Below are positions 29,631 to 40,200 of a DNA stretch of 64,000 bases, piece by piece; the stretch's first letter is position 1, and each line of letters starts with the position of its first letter. Position numbers and translations under genes: made by a program. Origin of the DNA: Clostridiales bacterium. GTDB lineage: Bacteria; Bacillota; Clostridia; Saccharofermentanales; Saccharofermentanaceae. Location: positions 788 to 64,787 of the forward strand of contig JAGAXM010000020.1 of assembly GCA_017940895.1 (NCBI GenBank), in the 5' to 3' direction. The notes under the pieces are model-generated. The model saw only the letters and a list, made by a program, of their open reading frames with translations, did no database searches and was not told where the DNA came from.

Positions 29631-30323
29631 ATGATCTATTCTACAGAAGTCAAGAACATGTGCCCTGTTCATCAGGGAGTGCACCACGGTGCAGCTCCGA
29701 TCCCTGAGGAAGCTAAGTGGGTACAGGCTAAGCAGGTTACCGATATTTCCGGTTACACACACGGTATCGGCTGGTGCGCACCTCAGCAGGGTTGCTGCAA
29801 GCTCTCCCTCAACGTTAAGGACGGTATCATCCAGGAAGCTCTCGTTGAGACAATCGGATGCTCCGGTATGACACACTCCGCTGCTATGGCAGCTGAGATC
29901 CTTCCCGGACTCACAGTCCTCGAAGCTCTTAACACAGACCTTGTATGCGACGCTATCAACACAGCTATGAGAGAGCTCTTCCTCCAGATCGTTTACGGAA
30001 GAACTCAGTCCGCATTCTCCGAGGGCGGTCTCCAGATCGGTGCAGGTCTTGAGGACCTCGGTAAGGGAGCACGTTCCATGGTCGGTACAACATACGGTAC
30101 ACTCGAGAAGGGTCCCCGTTACCTCGAGCTCACAGATGGTTACATCACAGAGGTAGGACTTGACGAGAACGACGAGATCATCGGATATAAGTACGTTAAC
30201 TTCGGTAAGATGATGGACTTCATCAAGGCCGGTGATGATGCCGCTACTGCTTTCGAGAAGGCATCCGGTAAGTATGGAAGAGTTGCTGACGCAGTTCGTT
30301 TCATCGATCCCAGAAAAGAGTAA
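29631..30323 (+). CDS. NifU/IscU-like Fe-S scaffold family protein
   Basis: GWCAPQQGCCKL..ETIGCSGMTHSA..LVCDAIN; strongly biased codons. Confidence 0.75.
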   Translation: MIYSTEVKNMCPVHQGVHHGAAPIPEEAKWVQAKQVTDISGYTHGIGWCAPQQGCCKLSLNVKDGIIQEALVETIGCSGMTHSAAMAAEILPGLTVLEALNTDLVCDAINTAMRELFLQIVYGRTQSAFSEGGLQIGAGLEDLGKGARSMVGTTYGTLEKGPRYLELTDGYITEVGLDENDEIIGYKYVNFGKMMDFIKAGDDAATAFEKASGKYGRVADAVRFIDPRKE

Positions 30324-30341
30324 GAAAGGCAGGACATTACA

Positions 30342-31361
30342 ATGGCATTATTTGAATCATATGAAAGAAGAGAACCTCAGATCCTCGCTGTTCTGAAGGA
30401 ATACGGCATCTCCTCCATCGAAGAGTGCAAGGAGATCACAGAGGCTGCAGGTCTTGACGTTTATCACCTCATCGAAGGCATCCAGCCTATCTGCTTCGAG
30501 AATGCTAAGTGGGCTTACACAGTAGGTGCTGCTATCGCTATCAAGAAGGGCTGCCGCAAGGCTGCTGACGCAGCTGCTGCAATCGGTGAAGGTCTCCAGG
30601 CTTTCTGTATCCCCGGTTCTGTTGCTGATACACGTAAGGTTGGTCTCGGTCACGGTAACCTCGGTAAGATGCTCCTCGAAGAGGACACAGAGTGCTTCGC
30701 ATTCCTCGCAGGTCACGAGTCTTTCGCTGCTGCTGAGGGTGCTATCGGTATCGCTGAGAAGGCTAACAAGGTTCGTCAGAAGCCCTTGAGAGTTATCCTC
30801 AACGGTCTCGGTAAGGACGCTGCTCAGATCATCTCCAGAATCAACGGCTTCACATTCGTTGAGACAAAGTATGATCCTTATACAAACACAGTAGAGGAAG
30901 TTTCCAGAACATGCTATTCCAAGGATGCAAACTCTCCCCGTGCTAAGGTTAACTGCTATGGCGCAAACGATGTTTGCGAGGGTGTAGCTATCATGTGGAA
31001 GGAGAACGTTGACGTTTCCATCACAGGTAACTCCACTAACCCTACAAGATTCCAGCACCCTGTTGCAGGTACATATAAGAAGGAGAGACTCGAGGCAGGC
31101 AAGAAGTACTTCTCAGTTGCTTCCGGCGGCGGTACAGGTCGTACACTTCACCCTGATAACATGGCTGCAGGTCCTGCTTCCTACGGTATGACAGATACAA
31201 TGGGTCGTATGCACTCTGACGCTCAGTTCGCAGGTTCTTCTTCCGTTCCTGCTCACGTTGAGATGATGGGCCTCATCGGCGCAGGTAACAACCCGATGGT
31301 TGGTATGACAGTTTCCACAGCTGTTTCAATCGAGGAAGCTGCTAAGGCAGGCAAGTTCTGA
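30342..31361 (+). CDS. GGGtGRT family protein (function unknown)
   Basis: Signature SVASGGGTGRTLHPDN; MALFESYERR start. Confidence 0.92.
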   Translation: MALFESYERREPQILAVLKEYGISSIEECKEITEAAGLDVYHLIEGIQPICFENAKWAYTVGAAIAIKKGCRKAADAAAAIGEGLQAFCIPGSVADTRKVGLGHGNLGKMLLEEDTECFAFLAGHESFAAAEGAIGIAEKANKVRQKPLRVILNGLGKDAAQIISRINGFTFVETKYDPYTNTVEEVSRTCYSKDANSPRAKVNCYGANDVCEGVAIMWKENVDVSITGNSTNPTRFQHPVAGTYKKERLEAGKKYFSVASGGGTGRTLHPDNMAAGPASYGMTDTMGRMHSDAQFAGSSSVPAHVEMMGLIGAGNNPMVGMTVSTAVSIEEAAKAGKF

Positions 31362-31387
31362 TAGAACTTTAAACTTGGTTTATGAAG

Positions 31388-31416
31388 ACAGGGGTTCGTA
31401 AGAGCCCCTGTTTTTT
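31388..31416 (+). terminator. Intrinsic terminator
   Basis: ACAGGGGTTC-GTAA-GAGCCCCTGT followed by a T-run. Confidence 0.85.
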
Positions 31417-31742
31417 GTTGTGCGAATTCCGCACCTTACTCGAAAATTTAAGAAAAAGGTGCGGCGATGCCTCTGTGCCTTCCGCGGACGAATTTGCAGA
31501 ATCTGGAAAAAAATCCGCGGAATGAAGCAAAACCGCGTACGTAATCTGATAATTAGCAATTTTGTTCGCGGGAAAGGCGTTTTGAGGGATATTTTTCAAT
31601 AAATGGGAATTTAGTCCGTGATTATTAGCGTTTTCGAGGACGTAAATCGGAAATGGGCGATTCTGTACGCGGAGGGCGTGCGGGGTGGCATTGCAAGGAG
31701 AAGAATTATAGTATAATCATCTTGGTAAGGGAGGGTATTGCC

Positions 31743-32633
31743 ATGAAGTTAGTTAATCTTACGTGTCCCAATTGTACTGGTCTTCTCAAGAAGGAAGGTA
31801 ACAACCTGATCTGTCAGTCGTGCGGAGCGGCGTTCGCGGTCGATTATGATGAGTCCGACGTAGAGCATGAGAAGCTCGAGACTGAGGAGGAGCGCGAGGC
31901 GAGACGCCTGCAGCACGAGAAGGAGCTGCTTGCCGAGAAGCACCGACTTATGGAAGAGTCCAGAATCGCGGCGGAGAAGAGGGAACAGAGCAGACGCACG
32001 AAGAGTTATATCAGCAAATGGATAAGAGGTAAGGTCTCGGGTCTTATCGCGCTTGCCATCATCGCGTTGATTTGCTTCGGATGCTATAAGTTCGCGAGAA
32101 GACTGATGACCGATCCCGAGCTTGCGGAACAGTACGGTGTGGAGATCCCGACGACTACGACTACCGTTGTTTATGATGTGAGTCCTGACCGCATAAGCGA
32201 CGAATTGCTGGGTGAATTCATCGAGCAGGGTAAGTCGAGTATTCAAAACAGAAGACAGATCGAGTTTTATGATTATACAACGGGTTGGACAGACTACGAT
32301 GTTGCGCAGGTAACATTCGACAGCGCGTATCTTGTAACTGATATACAGAATCGCGGTGAGTACGATGCTGACAGCAGACTGGTGTTGATTTACCAGGTAG
32401 TATGGCACTCTGAGCAGGCTGAAGATGTGACGATCTACGATTGTGTTTATTTCAATGACTTGCAGGCAACAGAGACTTCTGTCATTAGCAGTTTCAGGTC
32501 TAACTTCGGAGACTTTAACGAAACTATGTGGCAATCGGTTGGCTACCAGAACAGAGCGGACTCGTACCGCATCAACGTAACGAGCTTAAGCGGTCAGGTA
32601 ACGGAGCTGAGAAACGACTTCGCGGAACAGTAA
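31743..32633 (+). CDS. Zn-ribbon/coiled-coil/single-TM hypothetical protein
   Basis: CPNC..CQSCG at the N-terminus, charged coiled coil, one TM; RBS GGAGGG before ATG 31743. Confidence 0.75.
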   Translation: MKLVNLTCPNCTGLLKKEGNNLICQSCGAAFAVDYDESDVEHEKLETEEEREARRLQHEKELLAEKHRLMEESRIAAEKREQSRRTKSYISKWIRGKVSGLIALAIIALICFGCYKFARRLMTDPELAEQYGVEIPTTTTTVVYDVSPDRISDELLGEFIEQGKSSIQNRRQIEFYDYTTGWTDYDVAQVTFDSAYLVTDIQNRGEYDADSRLVLIYQVVWHSEQAEDVTIYDCVYFNDLQATETSVISSFRSNFGDFNETMWQSVGYQNRADSYRINVTSLSGQVTELRNDFAEQ

Positions 32634-32662
32634 TAATCAATAAAAGAATAATATCAATAAGC

Positions 32663-32703
32663 AACATAAAAACGGGAGCGAATAATCACTCCCGTTTCTG
32701 TTA
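32663..32703. terminator. Bidirectional terminator between convergent genes
   Basis: AAAACGGGAG...CTCCCGTTT. Confidence 0.65.
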
Positions 32704-32724
32704 CCGAATAGTCTTAAGTTATGA

Positions 32725-33819
32725 TCAGAATCCGATGAAATTAGCGTCTGCAGGATTGATCTGTGTGCCGCCGCCCAATGCTTTGTCGAAGTCCTGAGGA
32801 TCGTTGGAAGCGTTGAGAGCAACCTTTCTGCTGATGCGTCCCTGACGATAGAGGTCGAGGAGGGATTCGTTCAATGTGTGCATGCCTTCCTTGTGACCAG
32901 ACTGGATGGAAGAGTTGATCATTACTGTCTTGTTCTCACGGATGAGGTTAGCGATAGCGTTGTTACCGATCATGATCTCAGTAGCAAGTACACGTCCCTG
33001 TCCGTCGATCGTAGGAAGGAGCTGCTGTGAGATAACGCCTCTTACGCTCATAGCGAACTGCTGACGGATTGTCTCCTGCTGATCCGTAGGTGAACCGTCG
33101 ATGATACGGTCGATTGTCTGTGCAGCACTTGTTGTGTGAAGTGTGGAAAGAACCAAGTGACCTGTCTCAGCAGCTGTGATAGCAGCGGAGATCGTAGCGA
33201 AGTCTCTCATCTCACCAACGAGGATGATATCCGGGTCTTCACGGAGAGCAGAGTGCAGAGCGTGTGCATAAGAAGGAGTATCCTTACCAAGCTCTCTCTG
33301 GTGGATCATAGCCATGTTATGAGGATAGATATACTCGATAGGATCCTCGACTGTGATAACGTGCTTAGCCTGTGTCTTGTTGATGTAGTCAACAACGGCA
33401 GCGAGTGTAGTTGTCTTACCGGAACCTGTAGGACCTGTAACGATGATGATACCGTTAGGTGCTTCAGCGAGCTGCTTGATGGCATGAGGGAGACCGAGCT
33501 CCTCGATATCAGGGATCTGTCTCATGAGGATACGGATAGAAGCAGCGAGGTTGTTACGCTGATGATATACGTTAACTCTGAGACGGATGTCGTCGTTGTA
33601 TGTAAGACCGAAGTCTACGTCCTGACCTTTCTCGATACGCTTTACATTCTCTTCAGAAAGAATGTCGTAGATCATCTTGAGAGACTCTTCTGCAGTGGGC
33701 TTGTCCTCGAGAATGTGGAGAGTACCGTATCTTCTTACGGCAAGGTTTGTTCCTACGGTAATATGTACGTCAGAACAATTCTCCGAAATAGCGTAATCCA
33801 TCAGTTCATTTAATGTCAT
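32725..33819 (-). CDS. pilT: PilT/PilU type IV pilus retraction ATPase
   Basis: GPTGSGKTT, EDPIE, QRE, LREDPD..LVGEMRD, AETGHLV.STLH. Confidence 0.93.
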   Translation of the reverse strand: MTLNELMDYAISENCSDVHITVGTNLAVRRYGTLHILEDKPTAEESLKMIYDILSEENVKRIEKGQDVDFGLTYNDDIRLRVNVYHQRNNLAASIRILMRQIPDIEELGLPHAIKQLAEAPNGIIIVTGPTGSGKTTTLAAVVDYINKTQAKHVITVEDPIEYIYPHNMAMIHQRELGKDTPSYAHALHSALREDPDIILVGEMRDFATISAAITAAETGHLVLSTLHTTSAAQTIDRIIDGSPTDQQETIRQQFAMSVRGVISQQLLPTIDGQGRVLATEIMIGNNAIANLIRENKTVMINSSIQSGHKEGMHTLNESLLDLYRQGRISRKVALNASNDPQDFDKALGGGTQINPADANFIGF

Positions 33820-33928
33820 AACTAATTCCTCCGGAAAGTAAATACATACCGAGATTATATAATAAATAAAATTTTAGCGCTATACATTTATTTTGTTCTT
33901 TACAACATAATTTCCCTGCTCGAAAAGC

Positions 33929-33957
33929 TTGACACGCAGTTTCAAAAAGAGTATAAA
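33929..33957 (+). promoter_or_regulatory. Sigma-A promoter of gltBD
   Basis: TTGACA-17 bp-TATAAA. Confidence 0.85.
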
Positions 33958-33980
33958 ATTTGTCAATTGAATAATTTGTA

Positions 33981-34034
33981 AGCAATGGCGCTTATTGATA
34001 CGAAGACCTCGTATCGGTAAGCGCCTTTTGTTTT
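33981..34034 (+). promoter_or_regulatory. ANTAR-type attenuator in the gltB leader
   Basis: Hairpin AGC-AATGGC-GCT overlaps the 5' arm of terminator GGCGCTTATTGATACGA/TCGTATCGGTAAGCGCC + TTTTGTTTT. Confidence 0.8.
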
Positions 34035-34057
34035 ACGAAGAAACAGGGGTAAACAGT

Positions 34058-37000
34058 ATGGAAGAGTTGAGAATTGACAACTACAGAGTTCAGGATGCCT
34101 TCTCCAAGAACGGACTGTATGATCCTTCCGAGGAGCACGAGAACTGCGGTATCGGTGCTGTTATCAAGATCGACGGCAAAGCTTCTTCTAAAGTTGTAGA
34201 TGATGCGCTTACAATTGTTGAGCAGCTCGAGCACAGAGCGGGTAAGGATGCTGAAGGTAAGACCGGTGACGGTGTTGGTTTCCTGGTTCAGATCTCACAT
34301 GATTTCTTCAGCAAGGCACTCGAATCCGACGGCATCAAGGTCGGTGGCAGAAGATCCTACGGTATCGGAATGTTCTTCATGCCGCAGACCGCCGAGAAGG
34401 CTGAGGCTGCCAAAAAAGTATTCGAAGAGTCATGTGCTAAAGAAGGACTTAAGTTCTTAGGCTGGCGTAAGGTTCCCGTTAACGAGGAAGTACTCGGTTC
34501 ACGTGCAAAAGAGAGTATGCCTACGATCCTGCAGGGTATCGTAGAGCGCCCCGCTGATGCTAAAGAAGATATTGATTTCGAGAGGAAGCTGTACTTTGCA
34601 AGAAAGCTTTTCGAGAAGGAAAACAACGACACTTATGTGTGCTCATGCTCATGCAGAACGATCGTATACAAGGGTATGTTCCTTGTAGGTCAGTTGAGAA
34701 CTTTCTATAAGGACCTCGCGGACGGCGCATACACATCCGCATTCGGTATCGTTCACTCAAGATTCTCCACGAACACTAACCCTACATGGCAGCGTTCACA
34801 TCCTTACCGTATGCTCGTTCATAATGGTGAGATCAACACGATCACGGGTAACATGAACAAGATGCTGTCCCGTGAGAATATCTTCAAGAGCGAGTATTTC
34901 GAGGGACGTTACGAGGATATCTACCCGATGCTCGACGTAACGGGTTCCGACTCCGCAAGACTTGATAATACGATCGAGTTCATGATGATGGCAGGTGTCC
35001 CGCTGCCGCTCGCGATCATGGTTACTATCCCTGAGCCCTGGCAGCACATGGATACGATGGACAGGGAGAAGAAGGCTTTCTATCAGTACTACGCTACTAT
35101 GATGGAGCCTTGGGACGGACCTGCTTCCATCATCTTCACAGACGGTGACAAGGTCGGTGCAGTGCTCGACAGAAACGGCCTTCGTCCCTCGAGGTATTAT
35201 GTAACTTCCGACGGATATCTTATCCTGTCTTCCGAGGTAGGAGTGATCGATGACCTTGATGAGAGCACGATCGTTAAGAAGGACCGTCTGCGCCCGGGCA
35301 AGATGCTCCTCGTAGATACAGTCGAGGGTGCGCTTATAGATGATGAGCACCTTAAGAATGAGTATGTCAGAAGGCAGCCTTATGGTGAGTGGTTAGATCA
35401 CATGCTCGTGGAGCTTCACGATCTCAAGATAGAGAATAAGAGGCCTGTCAGCCACCGAGACGAAGAACTCTACAGGCTTCAGCGTGCTTTCGGATATTCC
35501 TACGGAAATCTTAATAATGAGCTTATTCCTATGTGCCTTAACGGCAATGAGCCGACAGCAGCGATGGGTGTTGATGTGCCGGTACCTCCTTTGTCACAGC
35601 AGCAGCCCCCGCTGTTCGACTACTTTAAGCAGAAGTTCGCGCAGGTAACGAACCCGCCTCTGGACTGTATCCGCGAGGCTATTATCACTGATACGACAGT
35701 CTATCTTGGCGTTACAGGCAACATCCTCGAGGACCACGAAGAGAACTGCCGCGTGCTGAAAGTGCATAATCCTATACTTACTAATCTTGATCTCATGAAG
35801 ATCCGCGACAGCAGACTTGAGGGGCTGAAGACAGCTGATATCTCTATGCTCTATACGAAGGAGCAGGGGCTTGAGGATGCGCTTACATCTTTGTGCCGTC
35901 AGGCTGATGAGGCGCACAATAATGGTGCGACGATACTTATCCTTACTGACCGCGGAGTTGATGAAGAGCATATGGCGATCCCGTCGCTTCTTGCTGTAGC
36001 AGCGCTTGAGACATATCTTGTGCGCACACGTATGAATACGGCGGCATCGATAATCGTCGAGACGGGTGAGCCGATCGAGATTCATCATTTTGCTACATTG
36101 CTTGGCTTCGGTGCGAGTGCGGTTAATCCCTATCTTGCATTCGATACTATCCTTGATCTTATCCACCGCGGCGTGATCGATAAGGAGTTCACACAGGCTG
36201 CCGGCGCTTACATCAGCGCCATCGTAAGCGGAATCGTAAAGATCGCAGCGAAAATGGGTATCTCCACGATCCAATCTTACCAGGGCGCTAAGATCTTCGA
36301 GGCTTTGGGTATCGGTAAGGATCTCATGGATAAGTATTTCCCTGACACGGTAAGCCGCGTCGGCGGTATCACACTCGAGGATATCGCTAAGAGAACAGAG
36401 GCTCTGCACGATCATGCTTTCGATGTATACGGCAGAGGTTCTGCTGACGGTCTCGCAGTAAAGGGCTGGCACAAGTCCAGATCCGGCAAGGAAAAGCACC
36501 TCTACGATCCCGAGACGATCCACATGCTTCAGCTCGCTACAAGAAACGGCGACTACGCTACATTTAAGAAGTTTACTTCGCTTATCAATTCAGACGATCG
36601 CCACGTAACTTTGAGAAGTATGCTCGACTTCAATTACGATCTTTCTAAGGAGATCCCTCTCGAGGAAGTAGAGAGCGCAGAGTCGATCATGCACAGATTC
36701 AAGACAGGTGCTATGTCTTACGGTTCCATCTCACAGGAAGCACATGAATGCATGGCTATCGCGATGAACCGCATCGGCGGTAAGTCCAACTCCGGTGAGG
36801 GCGGTGAAGACTTGGAGAGAATCCGGACTGCGGGTTCCGAAGAGGACCGCTGCTCTGCGATCAAGCAGGTTGCATCGGGAAGATTCGGTGTTACTTCAAA
36901 GTACCTGATCTCTGCGAAGGAAATTCAGATCAAGATGGCTCAGGGCGCTAAGCCGGGTGAGGGAGGACATTTGCCCGCAGGTAAGGTTTATCCCTGGATC

Positions 37001-38635
37001 GCTAAGACAAGACACTCCACTCCGGGTGTTGCACTGATCTCACCTCCGCCGCACCATGATATCTATTCGATCGAGGATCTGGCGCAGCTGATCTATGACC
37101 TTCAGAATGCCAACTCCGATGCACGTATCTCCGTTAAGCTCGTATCCGAATCGGGCGTAGGAACTATCGCAGCAGGTGTTGCAAAGGCTGGTGCCAAGGT
37201 AATCCTCATCTCAGGTTATGACGGCGGTACGGGTGCTGCTCCGGCATCATCCATCCACCACGCAGGTCTGCCTTGGGAGATCGGTCTTGCAGAGACACAT
37301 CGTACATTGATCCGGAATAATCTGCGTTCACACGTACGTCTCGAGACTGACGGTAAGTTGCTCACAGGTAAGGACGTAGTAATCGCTGCTATGCTCGGTG
37401 CTGAGGAGTTCGGTTTTGCTACTGCACCGCTCGTAACCATGGGCTGCGTAATGATGAGAGTATGTAACCTCGATACATGTCCTGTAGGTGTCGCAACTCA
37501 GAACCCTGAGTTAAGAAAGAGATTCACGGGTAAGCCCGAGTACGTAATCAACTTCATGACATTCATCGCGAACGAGATGCGTGAGTATATGGCTAAGCTC
37601 GGTATCCGCACGGTTGATGAGCTCGTAGGCCGCGCAGACTTGCTCAAGGAAGCTGACTGCTCGCTCAAAGGTTCTGTTGATCTTTCAGAGATCATCCACG
37701 ATCCCGAGCTCGCACATCCTTCCGTCAAGAGACACTACGATGAGGCTGATGCTTACGACTTCAAGCTCGATGAGACTATCGACCGCCGTGAGATCATTCC
37801 CCAGATGGCAGATGCTCTTGAGAGCGGCTCTCACAAGGAGATCGAGATCAAGGTAAAGAACCTCGACCGTGCACTCGGTACGATCTTCGGTTCCGAGATA
37901 ACAAAGAGATACTACAACACACTTGAGGACGACACTTATGTAGTCAACGCGAAGGGTGCAGGCGGACAGAGCTTCGGTGCATTCATTCCTAAGGGCCTTA
38001 CGATCAACCTCGAGGGTGATACGAACGACTATTTCGGTAAGGGTCTGTCGGGCGGCGTGCTCACTGTATTCCCTTCCAAGAAGTGTGAGATCAAGCCTGA
38101 AGAGAACATCGTTGCGGGTAACGTAGCGCTTTTCGGTGCGACTTCCGGTAAGGCTTTCATAAACGGTCTTGCAGGCGAGAGATTCTGTGTAAGAAACTCC
38201 GGTGCCAAGGTCGTAGTCGAGGGCTTGGGAGATCACGGCTGTGAGTACATGACGGGCGGTGTCGCAGTAGTACTCGGTCCCGTAGGCAAGAACTTCGCAG
38301 CAGGTATGAGCGGCGGTGTCGCATATGTACTTGATGAGAAGAACAGCCTGTACACGAAGCTCAACAAGTCTCTCGTAGGTTTCGAGCATGTTGTGGACGA
38401 AGAAGACAGGAAGCAGCTTACAGACCTCATCGAAGAGCATGTAAGAAGAACAGGTTCGCCGTTAGGACAGAAGATCCTTAATTCCATTGACGAATATATC
38501 CCCCGCTTCAAGAAGGTCATCCCGCATGACTATAAGCGCATGATGAATTCCATCGCGACGCATATGGCTGCAGGCATGAGCGAAGATGAAGCAAAGATCG
38601 AAGCGTTCCACGAGAACACTTCAGCTAAGGCGTGA
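34058..38635 (+). CDS. gltB: Glutamate synthase large subunit
   Basis: ENCGIG N-terminal Cys, HNGEINT, MSYGSIS, KMAQGAKPGEGG, CNLDTCPVGVATQ; ATG at 34058. Confidence 0.97.
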   Translation: MEELRIDNYRVQDAFSKNGLYDPSEEHENCGIGAVIKIDGKASSKVVDDALTIVEQLEHRAGKDAEGKTGDGVGFLVQISHDFFSKALESDGIKVGGRRSYGIGMFFMPQTAEKAEAAKKVFEESCAKEGLKFLGWRKVPVNEEVLGSRAKESMPTILQGIVERPADAKEDIDFERKLYFARKLFEKENNDTYVCSCSCRTIVYKGMFLVGQLRTFYKDLADGAYTSAFGIVHSRFSTNTNPTWQRSHPYRMLVHNGEINTITGNMNKMLSRENIFKSEYFEGRYEDIYPMLDVTGSDSARLDNTIEFMMMAGVPLPLAIMVTIPEPWQHMDTMDREKKAFYQYYATMMEPWDGPASIIFTDGDKVGAVLDRNGLRPSRYYVTSDGYLILSSEVGVIDDLDESTIVKKDRLRPGKMLLVDTVEGALIDDEHLKNEYVRRQPYGEWLDHMLVELHDLKIENKRPVSHRDEELYRLQRAFGYSYGNLNNELIPMCLNGNEPTAAMGVDVPVPPLSQQQPPLFDYFKQKFAQVTNPPLDCIREAIITDTTVYLGVTGNILEDHEENCRVLKVHNPILTNLDLMKIRDSRLEGLKTADISMLYTKEQGLEDALTSLCRQADEAHNNGATILILTDRGVDEEHMAIPSLLAVAALETYLVRTRMNTAASIIVETGEPIEIHHFATLLGFGASAVNPYLAFDTILDLIHRGVIDKEFTQAAGAYISAIVSGIVKIAAKMGISTIQSYQGAKIFEALGIGKDLMDKYFPDTVSRVGGITLEDIAKRTEALHDHAFDVYGRGSADGLAVKGWHKSRSGKEKHLYDPETIHMLQLATRNGDYATFKKFTSLINSDDRHVTLRSMLDFNYDLSKEIPLEEVESAESIMHRFKTGAMSYGSISQEAHECMAIAMNRIGGKSNSGEGGEDLERIRTAGSEEDRCSAIKQVASGRFGVTSKYLISAKEIQIKMAQGAKPGEGGHLPAGKVYPWIAKTRHSTPGVALISPPPHHDIYSIEDLAQLIYDLQNANSDARISVKLVSESGVGTIAAGVAKAGAKVILISGYDGGTGAAPASSIHHAGLPWEIGLAETHRTLIRNNLRSHVRLETDGKLLTGKDVVIAAMLGAEEFGFATAPLVTMGCVMMRVCNLDTCPVGVATQNPELRKRFTGKPEYVINFMTFIANEMREYMAKLGIRTVDELVGRADLLKEADCSLKGSVDLSEIIHDPELAHPSVKRHYDEADAYDFKLDETIDRREIIPQMADALESGSHKEIEIKVKNLDRALGTIFGSEITKRYYNTLEDDTYVVNAKGAGGQSFGAFIPKGLTINLEGDTNDYFGKGLSGGVLTVFPSKKCEIKPEENIVAGNVALFGATSGKAFINGLAGERFCVRNSGAKVVVEGLGDHGCEYMTGGVAVVLGPVGKNFAAGMSGGVAYVLDEKNSLYTKLNKSLVGFEHVVDEEDRKQLTDLIEEHVRRTGSPLGQKILNSIDEYIPRFKKVIPHDYKRMMNSIATHMAAGMSEDEAKIEAFHENTSAKA

Positions 38636-38649
38636 GAGGAGATAAGACA

Positions 38650-40119
38650 ATGGGAAAATCAACAGGATTCATGGAATATCAAAGAGTAAATAACCCCGGG
38701 CTTGAGCCTCTCGAGAGGATCAAGAACTATCGTGAGTTCCATTCACCTTTGGATGAAGCGCGAAGGCGCGAGCAGGGTGCGCGCTGCATGAACTGCGGTG
38801 TGCCTTTCTGCCAGTACGGTAAGCCCATCTGCGGCATGGTCGCGGGCTGCCCCTTAAACAACCTCTGTCCCGACTGGAACGACCTCGTATACAAGGGCTT
38901 CTGGGACGAAGCACTTGAACGCCTTATGCTCACGAATGCGTTCCCGGAGTTCACGTCCCGCGTATGTCCCGCCCTGTGCGAAAAGGCATGCGTCTGCGGT
39001 CTTAATGACGAGCCGGTAACAACGAAAGAGAATGAGTATTCGATCATCGAGCACGGATATGAGTCCGGCACTATGAAGGCTCATGTACCTGCGAACCGTA
39101 CAGGTAAGAAGGTAGCGGTAATCGGATCCGGTCCTTCCGGTCTGTCGACTGCATACTGGCTTAATATGAGAGGCCACGAAGTAACTGTATATGAGAAGTC
39201 TGACCGTCCGGGAGGATTGCTGATGTACGGTATCCCGAACATGAAGCTCGAGAAGTCGGTTATCCTTCGCAGAGTTAAGATCCTCGAGGAAGAGGGAATC
39301 ACATTCAAGTGTTCGGTCAACGTTGGTGTCGATATCACATATGAGGAACTCAAGTCTTCATATGATGCGGTTGTTCTTTGCTGCGGTGCGGGTAACCCCA
39401 GAGATATCAAGGCTGAGGGTCGCGATGCGAAGGGCATCTACTTCGCAGTGGATTTCCTCCGTGCTACGACTCAGTCACTGCTTGCATCGAACATGGCTGA
39501 TACGAAGTATATCAGCGCTAAGTATAAGGACGTTATCATCATCGGCGGTGGTGACACGGGTAACGACTGTGTAGGTACATGTATGCGTCACGGATGTAAG
39601 TCCGTAACACAGCTTGAGATGATGCCTGCACCTCCTGTAGAGCGTGCTGCAAATAACCCTTGGCCTGAGTGGCCGAAGATCCTCAAGACCGATTACGGTC
39701 AAGAGGAAGCTGCTGCAGTATTCGGTCATGATCCCCGTGTTTACTGCACGACGGTTAAGAAGTTTATCAAGGATGAGAACGGTAAGTTGTCCGCTGTTGA
39801 GACAGTTGAACTTAAGAGCGTTAGGGATGAGACGACAGGCCGCTTCAATATGGTTCCCGTAGAAGGAACAGAGAAGACACTGCCCTGTCAGCTGGTTCTC
39901 ATTGCTGCAGGATTCTTAGGACCCCAGTCTTATGTGGTCGATGCATTCGGAGTTGATACCAATGCAAGATCCAACATCGAGACAGGTTCAGGTCATGCCA
40001 CATCGGTTCCCGGCGTATTCGCCGCTGGTGACTGCAAGAGAGGTCAGTCGCTGGTCGTATGGGGACTTCGTGAGGGAAGAGATGCGGCAGCAGAAGTTGA
40101 TCAGTATCTGATGAAATAA
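38650..40119 (+). CDS. gltD: Glutamate synthase small subunit
   Basis: ARCMNCGVPFC, GCP, RVCPALCE, GSGPSG, GGGDTGNDC, AGD. Confidence 0.97.
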   Translation: MGKSTGFMEYQRVNNPGLEPLERIKNYREFHSPLDEARRREQGARCMNCGVPFCQYGKPICGMVAGCPLNNLCPDWNDLVYKGFWDEALERLMLTNAFPEFTSRVCPALCEKACVCGLNDEPVTTKENEYSIIEHGYESGTMKAHVPANRTGKKVAVIGSGPSGLSTAYWLNMRGHEVTVYEKSDRPGGLLMYGIPNMKLEKSVILRRVKILEEEGITFKCSVNVGVDITYEELKSSYDAVVLCCGAGNPRDIKAEGRDAKGIYFAVDFLRATTQSLLASNMADTKYISAKYKDVIIIGGGDTGNDCVGTCMRHGCKSVTQLEMMPAPPVERAANNPWPEWPKILKTDYGQEEAAAVFGHDPRVYCTTVKKFIKDENGKLSAVETVELKSVRDETTGRFNMVPVEGTEKTLPCQLVLIAAGFLGPQSYVVDAFGVDTNARSNIETGSGHATSVPGVFAAGDCKRGQSLVVWGLREGRDAAAEVDQYLMK

Positions 40120-40150
40120 GAAATCCCCTGTTTCTATTCATCATTATTGA

Positions 40151-40188
40151 ACCGCCCCTGCGAAGTGATTCGCGGGGGCGGTAGTTTT
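40151..40188 (+). terminator. Intrinsic terminator after gltD
   Basis: ACCGCCCCTGCGAA/TTCGCGGGGGCGGT followed by AGTTTT. Confidence 0.85.
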
Positions 40189-40200
40189 GTTAAATGTGAT

